From the NCBI RefSeq assembly GCF_001194135.2, contig NC_069001.1:24080580-24144579 (forward strand): 64,000 bases of DNA. Reading direction: 5' to 3'. The DNA comes from Octopus bimaculoides (taxonomy: Eukaryota). The position numbers were made by a program, and so were the translations under genes. Below the pieces are notes generated by a model. That model searched no databases, was not told the DNA's origin, and saw only the letters and a program-made list of their open reading frames with translations. Positions 13,366 through 26,052 of this stretch are shown here, piece by piece. Numbering within the stretch: position 1 is the first letter of the stretch; every line of letters starts with the position of its first letter.

Positions 13366-14094
13366 TCCATATGTATATACATACATATATTCACTTCTGT
13401 ATATGATATGCTTATGCACAGTTTTTATCTAACACATTCAAATCACAGAGTATTGGTCAACCCAAAACTATAGAAGAAAACACTTGTCAGTGGCTACTTG
13501 CAACAGAATTGAACCTGGTACCACACTGTTCCCAAGCAAACAACTTTAACCACACAGTGATGCCTACATTTTTTCTTAATCACTGCCCTATATTTCATAT
13601 CCTGAGGTCATTTCAATCATCTCTGTTTCCCCTACATATTTCTATATCTCTGCCACTGTATGAAATCTTAATTATTTACATAACTATCAGAAGATTGTAA
13701 GTTTCATATTTAACATCCACTTTATTAAGGCTTCAAAGATGTATGATTCCATTACCAGGATGTCCAATGTTTGTGTGATAGATGTGATGTACACTTTGAT
13801 GTTTATATTGTTCAGAAACTTAATTTCTGTTCACTGTTATAATGATTTATTTGTAGAAGAGCATTAATTAGAAAGTTTTAATGCATTCTGTAATCTTTTT
13901 TTTTTCTCTCCTTTTTCTCGAAGTTTTGGGTGTTTGATAGAATTTATACATAGATAAAAACAATCAGAAACACCAAATTCACTTACATATAGAAATAAAT
14001 AAAAAAAAAAATACCGATCTATATGAATGAGCCAATCAAATCAGCTCTTTCTTTCTCATTGCTGATTAAAAATATAGCAAATCTCTATTTTGGT

Positions 14095-14462
14095 TTGGGG
14101 GTTCCAGCCTCTGGCTTCTTATCTTTTAACTGTTACCTTCCTTGTTGTTTCAGTAAATGGAATGTGGCCATGCTGGAGCGCCAGCTTGAAGTGTTTAGTA
14201 GAACAAATTGATCACAGTAGGTATTTTCTTTTTAAGGCTGGTACTTACTTATTCTGTTGGTCTCTTTTGCCAAACTGTTTAGTTATGGGGACATAAAACA
14301 CCAACACCAGTTGTTAAGCAGTGGAATGGGACAAACACAGCACAAGGACATACACATGCATGCACAAACACACACACACACACACACATACACACACAAT
14401 ATATATACGGCGGTGCTCCAGCATGGCCGCAGTCAAATGACTGAAACAAGTAAAAGAGTAAA

Positions 14463-14535
<73 letters not shown>

Positions 14536-14660
14536 ATGGGCTTCCATTCAGGTTTCTGTCTTCCAAATTCACCCACAAGGCACTGGTTAACCTTGGGCTA
14601 TGGCAGAAGACATTTGCCCAAGGTGCTGAGCGGTGAGACTGAACTCAAAAGTGGCTTCAT
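14095..14660 (-). mobile_element. SINE family B with an inverted 3'-end fragment (14408-14465, plus) in its microsatellite
   Basis: GGCGGTGCTCCAGCATGGCCGCAGTCAAATGACTGAAACAAGTAAAAGAG lies on the plus strand between the two minus-strand halves. Confidence 0.75.
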
Positions 14661-15050
14661 AAAACGACTCATCCATTCCTGTATAAAATCCATTCAATTT
14701 GTCCTGTCTTTTTATTCATTCTTGTCTTTTGTTTCCTTTGCAATCTCTCAGAATACAGTTTAGCAGTCTTCTGTGTCCAGCTGTAGTCTTTCCTATCCTG
14801 CTGGATGTTTCCAGACAAATTTCCTTTGAATAATTTAAAACATTTGAAAACTGTCATTTAGTTTTGTTTGTATATCTTAGAATAACTTGAAGGGATAAAG
14901 ATTTTTGTTGACAGTTATTCTGTTTCAAAAGAGCAGATGCCCCAGGAAGAGAAAAAATAGTTACATCAATTTATATAACATTCTATAATAAAGACTGTGG
15001 TCTCTGTCAACACCATCAGATTGAGGAGTCAGTTAGGGGAACATCGACAT

Positions 15051-15356
15051 CAGTAGTTCTCAGCTGGGGTCTGTATAAGATTTTGAGGGATCCACACAAG
15101 GAAAATAGTAAATCAGTGACCCACAGCAGTGGTTTAAGGCTCCATGAACAATTTTTGCTTTAGAAACAGCTTGAATTTTTTTCTCTAATGTCTTACATAG
15201 TTCAAACTACACATGTTTATGTGTGGAAAATATGATAGGAATTTTAAAACAACCATCTATAAAACTAGCTTTTAAATTTCAAGTGGCAATGGTGGACTAC
15301 AAAAATAAAATAGTAATCAAAGGGGTCCATTGGTAAAAAACAGTTGAGAACAACTG
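15051..15356. mobile_element. hAT (Charlie/MER5-like) MITE, 306 bp
   Basis: TIRs CAGTAGTTCTCAGCTG / CAGTTGAGAACAACTG (14/16); degenerate 8-bp flanks ATCGACAT / CTCTGCAT. Confidence 0.65.
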
Positions 15357-16502
15357 CTCTGCATTGTTACTTAATCTAGAAGATTTATTAGCAAAATCAC
15401 CTTCAAATTACATCTTATTACCTGAAAGAATTGATTGTGTTCCTAACAATGTTATGTTGAAAACGAAAAAACGTAAAATGTAAAGTTGATCAGTGTTTGA
15501 ACAACTTGGATTGTAGACCTGCATATTCACATCTGCTAGTTTGGGGTTAAATAATAACAACTTAGATAGCTTGTTTCATTGTTCTATGTCCTGTCCATGG
15601 TATTTCATGTGTAATGTATTTGTAAGCATGTTGATGTATCTTTAAGTTGCTTGATAGGTTTATTGCACCATAAAAAATGTTTGAATATATACACAAGTCT
15701 ATTTGTGTGTTTGTGTGTGAGTAACAAAATCATGGAAAAGACTACAGCAAACATGTTGTGAGGAGTGGAAAATCTAAAGTTTCGGACGCAGACTGTCAGA
15801 GGGAAAGTTGAAAGGAAAGAAACGAACAAGAGAACATTTTAACTTCTAAGTTAAAACAAACTGTCTGCAACTTAGAGAATGCTAAACTCTGTTATCTCTC
15901 ATTAATTTCTCTTCTTTTAACTTTACCTTTTTTTCCTGAAGAAGGATTGTATACAAAACATTGGCTTTTCTGTTCCACATGGCAAGTTCACTCATTTTCT
16001 CAATTTTACTACATAATATAACCCTTAGCAATACAGAAGAACACCAGCCTCATTGGAGTCTGTTTGATCATATCTACGAATGTATGCATTTACGAATATT
16101 TGTATGTATTTATGTATGTATGTAATTTTATATTCTAATCACGAAACGTCATACATGATTAACTAACGGCAGGTTTGTTTTTGTTTATTTTCTCTTCCAT
16201 TTTGTTCTATGTGTGCCATAAATATTGTCATCCATTGGAGAAAAAATTGTAGTTTGAATTAGTAGTTTTTTAACTGCTATTTCTAAATTTTTAGTATGTC
16301 GGTGAAGCAACTCCTGCTGATCCCTATATGTTTATAATTATAAATGTTTTTACCGATAAAGGTTTTTTTTCATACTGAACTACTTGGCAAAATTGTTAAT
16401 TATTAATTTTATTAATTAATTGGCAATTCCCTGCCCTATACCTATATATGTATGTATGTATGTATGTATTAAATATATGTGTATGTGTGTGTACGTGTAT
16501 AT

Positions 16503-16710
16503 CAGGCTGAGTAAAAAGTCAGCAACGTTTTGAAACATGAAATTCATCACAATATATTTCAACAATGTGGAAATTTTATTCATCAAACTAAATACCATTA
16601 CAATCAGCACATTTTTGCCAATGAGTTACGAGTTTGTTCCTTCTGGTAACATGAAAATCTGGAGTTCTGGAACTGATGAATTCTTTGAACACCCTTTCAG
16701 CAGAGATAGC
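16503..16710 (-). mobile_element. Mariner 3' fragment
   Basis: Minus strand reads EFISSRTPDFHVTRRNKLVTHWQKCADCNG*FD, a mariner transposase C-terminus; TIR-like TCAGGCTGAGTAAAAAGT after TA. Confidence 0.7.
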
Positions 16711-17509
16711 TGATTATGNNNNNNNNNNATATGTCAAGTCAGTAAATGGTGGAGTTGTGTTAACTGCACGTGGAGAAATACTAGGAAATAATAATAATAA
16801 TAAGGCAGAATGCTAAACTGACCATATTTCCTTCTCTCGCCTATCCATTGAAATACATATAAATTTACTTCTTGTTTCTCTAAGAACAGACATAAACTTC
16901 CTGTTGTCAAAGAGTCCAGAACTCCAACTAAAGAGTATAAAACCCACAGAATTTGTCTCCCCTTACACACACTTCTTGTTTTGACACTACACTTCCTGTT
17001 TAACACTTAAACTCTCAGCCTTTTTTAAACACAACATGGTTCTTAATTCCATGCATCCTTAATCTATCTAACAATTATCTACATGGATTACCAAATGAAC
17101 TTTAAAAACTCAAAGACAATATAATGTATTGGTATATTTATTTTTTTATATATCTTTTATATTTTTGTAAAAAAAACATTATTTTCATTTTCCCTCTTCT
17201 TGAAAATTTGCCATGCAATGAAAGCCGGTTAGAAATCCTTTTTAATCCTCCTTATGTACATCTATATTAAAATATGCTTTCAGTTTAGCATTCTGCCTTA
17301 TTATTATTATTTTTTATTTTATCACCATAAAGTCATAGTGTAATCTAAAATACGTGTAGCTTTGTAACTATACATGATAGAATTTATCTTTAAAAAGATA
17401 AGAAAGCTTGATGTGTCTAGTTTTCTGTTCTTTTGAAGTTTTATTTATTATTTGTTTCCTCAAATATTTTTCACAATTTCTGAAAAGTGACTCCTTTCTC
17501 AGAATTGCT

Positions 17510-18203
17510 GTTGACCCATGGCTTCACTAGAAAGGAAAGGGAACTGCTTTCATTGGTTGACTGAAAAGCCATGTGAACCTGTTGAATGTGAAAGAGATTC
17601 TCCCAGAGTTAATGTCTGGTGTGCCTTGGGAAAGAATCAACTCATAGGGCCATTCTGTTTTGGAGGACGCGTTGTTAATGGTGACAACTATTTAGAAAAG
17701 TAACAGAATTACTTCATTTCCAAGCTTGCCCAATTTGAACTGATAGAGAATCCAGTTTTTCAACATGATGTTGCACCTTGTCACTTTGCTCTGCAAGTTA
17801 AGCAGTTTCTAAATGAGAAATTCCCTAACAGATGGATTGAAAGAGGTGGACCATTATTTTGCCCTCCACGTTCACCAGATTTGACTCCATTGGATTTCTT
17901 TTTATGGAGACATGTGGAAAGTATTGTTTATTCAACTAAGCCTCGATCTTTAGAAAACTTGAAAGCAAGGATAACTGATGTGATTGAAGGTGTTACTAAA
18001 AATCAGGTGGAAAATGTTTTCCAAAAGCTACAGAATCATATTTCTCTTTATATTAGTGATGATGGTGGACATGTTGAAAATGAACACGATGAATAAAAAA
18101 TTTAGGTCATTCTTCTTTCTTATCCTTTTTACAGATTAATTCTATCATGTATAGTTATGAAGATACAAGTATTTTCAGTTGCACCATAACTTTATGGACA
18201 CCT

Positions 18204-18205
<2 letters not shown>
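17510..18205 (+). mobile_element. rosa-type (DD41D) Tc1/mariner transposase remnant with 3' TIR
   Basis: VNVWCALG..IGPF..FQHDVAPCH..RWIERGGP..PPRSPDLTPLDFFLW; 41 residues between the 2nd and 3rd Asp; stop at ~17701; ends ..GGACACCTTG followed by (TA)n. Confidence 0.85.
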
Positions 18206-18259
<54 letters not shown>

Positions 18260-18589
18260 CATACTTACTGTACGACAAACATTGCTATTGATTTACTTGA
18301 ATATACCCTCCCACCAAAATTTTGGCTGTGTGTAAATCTTAGGAGACAATTTACATTGTTGAGCAAACTACACAATGCCATATAGCAACTAAATGACTCT
18401 TGTAAATTACATGAGAGTAAATAGTTTGTAGGAGAAATGATTATTACAAATGCCATTATATACACACTAAGTAAAAGTACTTTATCTGGATGACATTGTT
18501 CCAGGCTTCTACTCTGTTAAACATTGAAGTTACTGAATGGTGATGAATGTCTTGTTAAGTCTTTTGCAACATATAGCTTTCATTCTTCT

Positions 18590-18873
18590 GTCTTTTATTC
18601 TTTATCTTTTACTTGTTTCAGTTATTAGACTGTGGCCACGCTGAGCACTGATTTGAAGGATTGTGGTCGATTGAATTTAAGCCAGTACTTATTTGCTGAT
18701 TCAAAAAAAAATCGGTTCTTATTCTATTAATCTCTTTTGCCAAACTGCTAAGTAACAAGGATGTAAACACACCTACACTAGTTGTCAAGCAGTGGTGGTG
18801 GACAAACGCAGACATCAAGACACACACATAAACACATATAAAAAAGCACACACACACATTATATATATGTATG

Positions 18874-18922
<49 letters not shown>

Positions 18923-19072
18923 ATAAATAATACAGAATGGGACAAGAACGCAAAACATCCAGACAGGTGATACAAGAAAGGGACAAAACATACAGATAGA
19001 CGATACAAAGAAAACACGGACAGGTCATTCGGAGTTTTCTCTCTTCAGTCGAGATCCAGATTATCCTTGCAA

Positions 19073-19132
<60 letters not shown>

Positions 19133-19290
19133 ATATGACTGGCTTATTTTAGTTTCTGTCAAATCCACTGACAAGTCTTTGGTCAGCCTGAATAAAAGAC
19201 ACTTGCTCAAAACATGACATAGCGGGACTAAACTTGGAGCTATGTTTGGTTTGGATGCAAACTTCTTACCACACAGCTACACTTGCATCC
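18590..19290 (-). mobile_element. SINE family B with a ~150-bp foreign insert (18925-19072) in its microsatellite
   Basis: 3' half 18590-18850, (TA)/(TG), insert, (TG)/(TA), 5' half 19135-19290. Confidence 0.7.
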
Positions 19291-19329
19291 TGTATATGAG
19301 TTTATTGTAAATATAAATTGATAACACAT

Positions 19330-19521
19330 TCAGGAAAGAACTTAGCATTGAAGAAAATATTCCTTCAGACTTAAACACCTTGGACATTTTGATATAATGA
19401 GGGTCTGGTTTATATTGCAGAATGTATTGGAAAATGCAAAAGTTTCCAAACTTTAAAGAATTGTTTACATCTGAAATGCTTAAATGTTATGGCAAACAAC
19501 ATAATTGAAATTGATAACTGA
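19330..19521 (+). pseudogene. Possible decayed leucine-rich-repeat coding fragment
   Basis: LNTLDI[+1 frameshift]YNEGLVYIAECIGKCKSFQTLKNCLHLKCLNVMANNIIEIDN*; two LxxLxL/VxxN-like units. Confidence 0.3.
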
Positions 19522-19913
19522 GAGCCCAAAATCCAAGCAGCATATCTAAAATAGCTTTGATTGATATGAGGGGAAGAGGTACATAGGAATTCAGTACTGT
19601 GTAACCTGTATAAGCAATCAGTACATGGGAATATAGTTGGATCTGGGGTCACTAAGTAGACAACCTCTGCTTTAGGCTTACAAGATTAGTTAGCACCAAG
19701 GACACCCAGAGAAAGATTTAATGCTGATATTTTCTCTTACTTAGAGTAATTAGTTTAGCAGGTGGTTGTTATGATAGATTAGTTATTAGTCTAAGAACTG
19801 TATATATAGAAACTCAAGAAGTGCTAATGGAAATGGTATAAACACAGTCTTTTATTTAGTTGAAGGAGTGAACTTACTGCATACTACATTCAATGTTTTT
19901 AGCTGCCTACACT

Positions 19914-20117
19914 GCTTTCAAATTTTGGCACAAGGCCAGCATTTTGAGGGAGCGGGTAAATCAGTTACATCGACTCCAGTGTTCAAATGGTAATTATTTT
20001 ATTGACCCTGAAAGGATGAATGCAAAAGTCAACCTCAGAAGAATTTGATCTCAGAACATAAAGGTGGATGAAATGCTGCAAAGCATATTGTCCAAATGAT
20101 TCTGTCAGCTAGCCACC
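19914..20117 (-). mobile_element. SINE family A
   Basis: Same head, body and tail as 412-700. Confidence 0.8.
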
Positions 20118-20480
20118 TTTTTAACCACTTATATTGATACCAGTAATTATTTCAGTCAAATATTTATCTGACCAATCTCTCTTTATTGAATGGGGAGTTG
20201 TGAGACATAAAGTGCTACAGCAGTAAAACAACACCAGTTTTCAGGCTGCAAACAAAAACAGACACAGAACCATCCACCTACATACATATGTATGATATGT
20301 GAACATTACAAACTTGGATACACACATACATACATACATACATACATACATACATACACACATACACACATACATACATACATGCATGCATACGTTCACT
20401 CAAAGCTCATAAGCGATAAAAAAGGTTTTGACGTTTTCTGTCCAGAAGGGTTTTCCAACTCAATATCTACATACTATAAA

Positions 20481-20690
20481 CACAGCAAGCTGGCAGAATC
20501 GTTAGCACACTGGGAAGAATGCAGTATTTCGTCTGTCTTCCTGGTTTGGGTTCAAATTCCACTGAGGTCAACTTTCACCTTTCATCTTTTTGCAGTCGAT
20601 AAAATAAGTACCGGCTGAACACTGGGTTGATGTAATCAACTTAATTCCTTCTCCAAAGTCGCTGGCTTAGTGCAAAATTTGAAATCAATA
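20481..20690 (+). mobile_element. SINE family A
   Basis: CAAGCTGGCAGAATCGTTAGCAC..GTTCAAATTCC..AAAATTTGAAATCAATA. Confidence 0.8.
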
Positions 20691-20799
20691 TTTATATGCT
20701 ATTATTTATAGGTTTATGTGCTTCAAGATCCACTGCTCAAAGAAAGAATTATTTCATGTTCTCTCAAAAGTTTATGAATTCTTATAACTTTATATATTC

Positions 20800-20880
20800 T
20801 TAGTCAGACAATTACAGAAGTATTTAGCTAATAGTAAAGCACTGTACTTGACATTCATTGACTTGGAGTGAATACTGTGT
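20800..20880 (+). mobile_element. RTE reverse-transcriptase fragment
   Basis: VRQL../QKYLANSKALYLTFIDLE* resembles the RTE motif preceding DLEKAFD. Confidence 0.5.
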
Positions 20881-20969
20881 CCTACCTGTGTTAGCAGTGC
20901 AATTGAATCAGGTAGAACATGATATTGACTTATAAGTCTCTAATATACTTAGAAGTATATTATGAATGA

Positions 20970-21260
20970 TGGTGCATGGCTCAGTGGTTAGAGTGGTGGG
21001 CTCAGAATTATGAGGTAATGAATTGGATTCTCAGACTGGCTTGTGTGTTGTGTTCTTGAGCAAGACACTTTATTTCATGTTGCTCCAGTTCACTCAGGTG
21101 AAGAAATGAGTTGCGACATCATTGGTGCCAAGCTGTATCGGCATTTGTCATTCCTTTGGATAACATTGGTGGTGTGGAGAGGGGAGGCTGGTATGCATGA
21201 GTGACTGCTGGCCTTGCCCACACTTGTGCTTCAGAGGGGAACTTTCTAGATGCAAAGGGG
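20970..21260 (+). mobile_element. tRNA-CORE-type SINE (family C)
   Basis: A-box TGGCTCAGTGG, then TTCTTGAGCAAGACACTTTATTTCA..CAGTTCACTCAG..AAATGAGT (CORE-like); similar copies at 40893 and 41262. Confidence 0.7.
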
Positions 21261-21424
21261 ATCTTTACCCTTTTAATATTTCATAGTTGCATAATAAAAT
21301 ATGGTGTTCCAACAAGCAATTAACATATGTGTACCAGTTGCCAGGAATGTGTTTAATATATAAAACTGGTATTTCCAATTTACACCATTAAATTTAGTGG
21401 CTATTTAAGTAATATGTTTGTGGT

Positions 21425-21732
21425 TGGATATGGTACTGAAGAAGGGGCCCAGGCTCATGGGCCCGGTTTCCTGGTTTCTATGGTGTATGTGTTCCCCGCC
21501 AGCTGGACGGGATGCCAGTCCATCACAGCGTTACTCAGGAAACAGGAAGAAAGAGTGAGAGAAAGTTGGGTCGAAAGAGTACAACAGGGATCGCCACCAC
21601 CCCCTGCCGGAGCCTCATGGAGCTTAGGTGTTTTCACTCAATAAACACTCACAACGCCTGGTCTGGGAATCGAAACCGTGATCCTCCGACCATGAGTCCA
21701 CTGCCCTGACCACTGGGCCATTGCGCCTCCAC
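21425..21732 (-). mobile_element. Well-preserved tRNA-derived SINE (family D) with a V-domain-like central motif
   Basis: Head GTGGAGGCGCAATGGCCCAGTGGTCAGGG..GGTTTCGATTCC (A and B boxes); GATGGACTGGCATCCCGTCCAGC..TAGAAACCAGGAAACCGG; CpG-rich. Confidence 0.75.
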
Positions 21733-22134
21733 TATATGCATATACACCCATTATCTATTTTTCTATCTTTGATTTCATCGTTTATATAAACATATTCTTT
21801 TATGAAAGGTTGTAGCTTTCATTGCTGGCTCTAATTTGTATGGAAAATCTGTAGAGATACTTTTCAAAAGTGATTGAATGGCATTGCTAACACAGGTAGG
21901 AGATAATGTTGACTTGTAAGCCTTTTAATGTACTCGGTTAGCATATTATTGTTGTCTAAAAAAATATGGTGATCCACCACCAGCAATTATTAAGATATAT
22001 GTGTCTATGCATGTGTGCATGTACACATGTGTGTATGTGTTAAGCTTTCAGTATATTGTTGTAATTCTTAATACTCTTGGTTTTGGTGCTTCATCATCAG
22101 CATCGTCATGACATTCTACTACTACTACTAATTC

Positions 22135-22400
22135 TTCCTCTTCTTCTATTTCTCCTCCTCCTCCTTACTCTTCTCTGTACTTCCTCTACCTTCTCTTCTT
22201 ATGCCTCTGCCTCCTCCTCCTCCTCTTCCTCCTCCTCTCTTCCTCCTCTCTTCCTCCTCTTCTTCCCCTTCCCCTTCCCCATCACCTCTTCCATTTTCCT
22301 CTTCCTCTCCCTTCTCTTCTTCTTTCTCCTCTTAATCTCCCTTCTCTTCCTCTCCCTTCTCCTCTTAATCTCCCTTCTCTTCCTCTCCCTTCTCCCCTAG
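22135..22400. repeat. (CCT/CTT) low-complexity tract ending in a ~33-bp tandem duplication
   Basis: CTTAATCTCCCTTCTCTTCCTCTCCCTTCTCC occurs twice at ~22331-22396. Confidence 0.85.
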
Positions 22401-23049
22401 CATTCATCAAGCTGACCCATTATAAAGAAATATTCACTGTCATGACCATCACCTCATCTTTTATGTCTTCCATTTCAGCCATTCCTTTTCAAGATGACAG
22501 TTCGTGACACGACAGAGATTTGGTTGTTATTTCTAGGATGTTACACTTCTCCCTCATAGAATTATTCCTTCCTTCTTTTTACATTATTTATTACATTACT
22601 GCAACAGGTTCAGAGTGTAACGAAAATATTGAGGAAATTCCAGATGATAAAGGTCAACATAGTTAATAAAATTTGAAACCTGGCATTTTGAATTTCCTGA
22701 ATGTTATGTCTGTTGATTTGATGCTTATTCCAACTTTGAACCCTTTATTCATAATACAAATCATTCTTGACAAATACAGATGAGATATTAATTGATCCCT
22801 AAGACATACACAACCACATGATAGAGACTAACACTGTTGAAGTGCTAAAGAAAGAGCTTCCAGACTGGGTCATCTGCTTTCATTCTGTTTCATACCAACA
22901 CTTCATAAGGAGGTAAGGAAGCAACAGAAACACATTTTATTGAGAAGGAAGCATTCATCTGTTTTGTTGTTGTTTGTTTATGCCCCCCGCCAAAGATAGA
23001 GCCCTTTCTCATGTCATATAGATGCTTAGGGCCAGTTTCTTGGATTTTG

Positions 23050-23690
23050 TGTTGTATATATTCCACACTGGATGGCACGTCTGCTCGTCACAGGATTACT
23101 CATTTTTGCCAGCTGAATGGATTCAAGAACACAGCTCATTGTCTGGTCCAGGAATTGCACAATCCACAATCGAAATTGAACTAAATTCGATGACTGGCAC
23201 CCATGCCAACGTCATCTCCTTCATTGGACACGAAACTCGGCTTGCGAAGACCTGTTGGGGCAAGCAAAAACAAAATCGTGATGGCACCTGTGCCCAGTGT
23301 CGCTTTCCTGGTACTTGTGCCAGTGGCACGTGTAAAGACATTCGAGTGAGATCGTTGCCAGTGCCGCTGGACTGGCTCCTGTGCAGGTGGGACGTAAAAT
23401 ACACCATTTTGAGCATGGCCATTGCCAGTACCGCCTGACTGGCCCTTGTGCCGGCGGCACGTAAAAGCACCCACTACACTCTCGGTGTGGTTGGCGTTAG
23501 GAAGGGCATCCGACTGTAGAAACTCTGCCAAATCAGATTGGAGCCTGGTGTAGCCATCTGGTTCACCAGTTCTCAGTCAAATCATCAAACCCATGCTAGC
23601 ATGGAAAGCGGATGTTAAACAATGATGATGATGAATCTTATGATCATGAGTCCAACACCTTAACCACTAAGCCATGTGTCTCCACCCAGG
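23050..23690 (-). mobile_element. Family C SINE split by an RTE insertion
   Basis: Body at 23050-23170 and head (ATGATCATGAGTCCAACACCTTAACCACTAAGCCATG) at 23636-23690 join up once the RTE is removed. Confidence 0.65.
23170..23635 (+). mobile_element. 5'-truncated RTE 3' UTR with tandem hairpin units and (GAT)n tail
   Basis: GC-rich; three GTGC..GG(C/G)ACGT(G/A)AA units; ends GCTAGCATGGAAAGCGGATGTTAAACAATGATGATGATGA. Confidence 0.8.
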
Positions 23691-24551
23691 GTAACTGGAA
23701 ACCGATTATAAAATGTGATGAAAGCTGAAACCATACTAATATGAAATAGTAAAGAAAAAATGAAGCCCACTGCCTGCTGACCACATTCCAGATGCACTAA
23801 TGAGTTGTCAATGGTCACTGCTCTGTATAGCCAGGAATTTTAATGTATTTATATTTTCCATTTTACTTTTGAAAAGGAAGATCAAATTTATTAAATTTTT
23901 CCTGGACTTGTCATTGGCCATGCACCTATCACCTCATGCACTTATTACCTGTTAATATAGTTATTATATAAGTTTGGCATCTTGAAACAGCTGTAGAGAA
24001 AAGACATCACATAATGTTTCCTCATTACTACCGCTCCTTCTTTCACTCCTCTCTTTATATATATGTATATAAGCATGTATATATGTATGTATGTATGTAT
24101 GTATCTATCTAGCTATCTATCTATATGCTTATACATATATATCATGCTTATATATATATATATATATAAGAAAAGTTAAAATAATGGTCATTGCATATAA
24201 TTCCTTTATTATAGCAAATTTGGCTTACAGCTGTTTTCAGCAGTCATTATAGATAGGTTTACTCAATTGGTCTATTGATTGATTGAGGTAAATTGAAGGA
24301 CCGAAGAAAATTAATGATACCTTCATTAGTCATTGTGGGAAATAACAAAACAGGGTATTTGAAGAATGGCAAATGTATAGGGAAAATGAAGGAAGATTGA
24401 GATGTTTAAATAGAAATGGCAAAGGCAGGTTACAATGGCATGGTAGCAATTGAGGGAGAGGTACTTAGTAGAAGTAACAGTAGTAGTATGAGTAGTAGTA
24501 GTAGGAGTATTAGGGACAGTCACAAACATAGGTCAGCAATATTACCATATA

Positions 24552-24585
<34 letters not shown>

Positions 24586-24588
<3 letters not shown>

Positions 24589-24865
24589 GGTGTCCCAAAA
24601 AGATGTACTCACTCTTTGACAAACGATTACTAATGTATTGTTTTTTGTGATGTTTGGGATTACCTCGATGCAACAAATCCAAACAAATGGATTGGGAGGA
24701 GATGTAGCGTTGAATTTCCTGCACGTACTCCAGACCCCACACCAATGGATTTTTTTTTTTATGGGGACATCTCAAAGATATGGTTTACGCTGCAAAACCA
24801 GTGACATTTGATGATTTGAAAAATGAAATTCGAATAAAATATCTTGCAATTCCAAATGAAATGTT
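24586..24865 (+). mobile_element. Internally deleted rosa-like element running into a gap
   Basis: TIR CAGGGTGTCCCAAAAA is only ~65 bp from DVWDYLDATNPNKWIGRR..PARTPDPTPMDFF..WGHLKDMVY. Confidence 0.7.
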
Positions 24866-25682
24866 NNNNNNNNNNNNNNNNNNNNNNNNNNNNNNNNNNN
24901 NNNNNNNNNNNNNNNNNNNNNNNNNNNNNNNNNNNNNNNNNNNNNNNNNNNNNNNNNNNNNNNNNNNNNNNNNNNNNNNNNNNNNNNNNNNNNNNNNNNN
25001 NNNNNNNNNNNNNNNNNNNNNNNNNNNNNNNNNNNNNNNNNNNNNNNNNNNNNNNNNNNNNNNNNNNNNNNNNNNNNNNNNNNNNNNNNNNNNNNNNNNN
25101 NNNNNNNNNNNNNNNNNNNNNNNNNNNNNNNNNNNNNNNNNNNNNNNNNNNNNNNNNNNNNNNNNNNNNNNNNNNNNNNNNNNNNNNNNNNNNNNNNNNN
25201 NNNNNNNNNNATATATATATATATATATAGCGTGTTGGTGCATTGAGTAAAGCACTAGCACAGTTTGGGATACCTGGTGTCATCTGCAGTTGAGGTATAT
25301 TTCCATTGGATCTCCTTCAGGAAAGCCCCATTCCATAATGAAGAGGAGAAACACCATTATGACTGCTTGAGGTCAATATTTTTAGCAGGACACTACTTTA
25401 TGTATGCATGTACATGCCATGGCCCAGACTTCAAAATTGATGCAGAACCATATGATACACATCATCACACCCATAAAGGACAGTCGCAGAATTGGTCGAA
25501 ATGATTGTTGTATGGAACAAAGACTAGTATCAAATCTATATGTATCAAATATATATATATATTTATATAAGTTAAAAATAGGATAAAATCTTTATAAGAA
25601 TTTATCAAGTAGTTAGCATGAAAAACCTCATAAGGGAAAAAATTTATTAATTATTCCCTTTGAATGTATTTAAATATATTAA

Positions 25683-26016
25683 GGGCATTACTAAACATAA
25701 ATGCCTCATGCTAGGAGGGACTCTTAAAGTCAAAACTACCATAATAAACACATTGTACCAAATGCGAGGGAATGCAACTCTCAAAGTGAGCCTTTTAAAA
25801 ACAGATTCAGCTGCAGATCATATGATGTCATAATTAGTGCACAAAATTAGTGCATTTTGTGCACTAATTATGTAATCACGATCTGCAGCTGAATCTGTTT
25901 TTAAAAGGCTCACTTCGAGAGTTGCATTCCCTCGCATTCGGTACAATGTGTTTATTATGGTAGTTTTGACTTTAAGAGTCCCTCCTAGCATGAGGCATTT
26001 ATGTATAGTAATGCCC
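25683..26016. mobile_element. 334-bp palindromic MITE with TTAA target duplication and GG termini (Kolobok-like)
   Basis: TTAA|GGGCATTACT...AGTAATGCCC|TTAA; the whole element is self-complementary around a 6-nt loop (25848-25853). Confidence 0.8.
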
Positions 26017-26019
26017 TTA

Positions 26020-26052
<33 letters not shown>

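Noticed and set aside
22608-22652. GSECNENIEEIPDDK as an EGF-like exon
   Set aside because: Weak donor (GTCAAC) and the required cysteines are missing.
23315-23470. Spaced repeats superficially like a CRISPR array
   Set aside because: Units are degenerate, few and part of an RTE 3' UTR; no cas genes; animal DNA.
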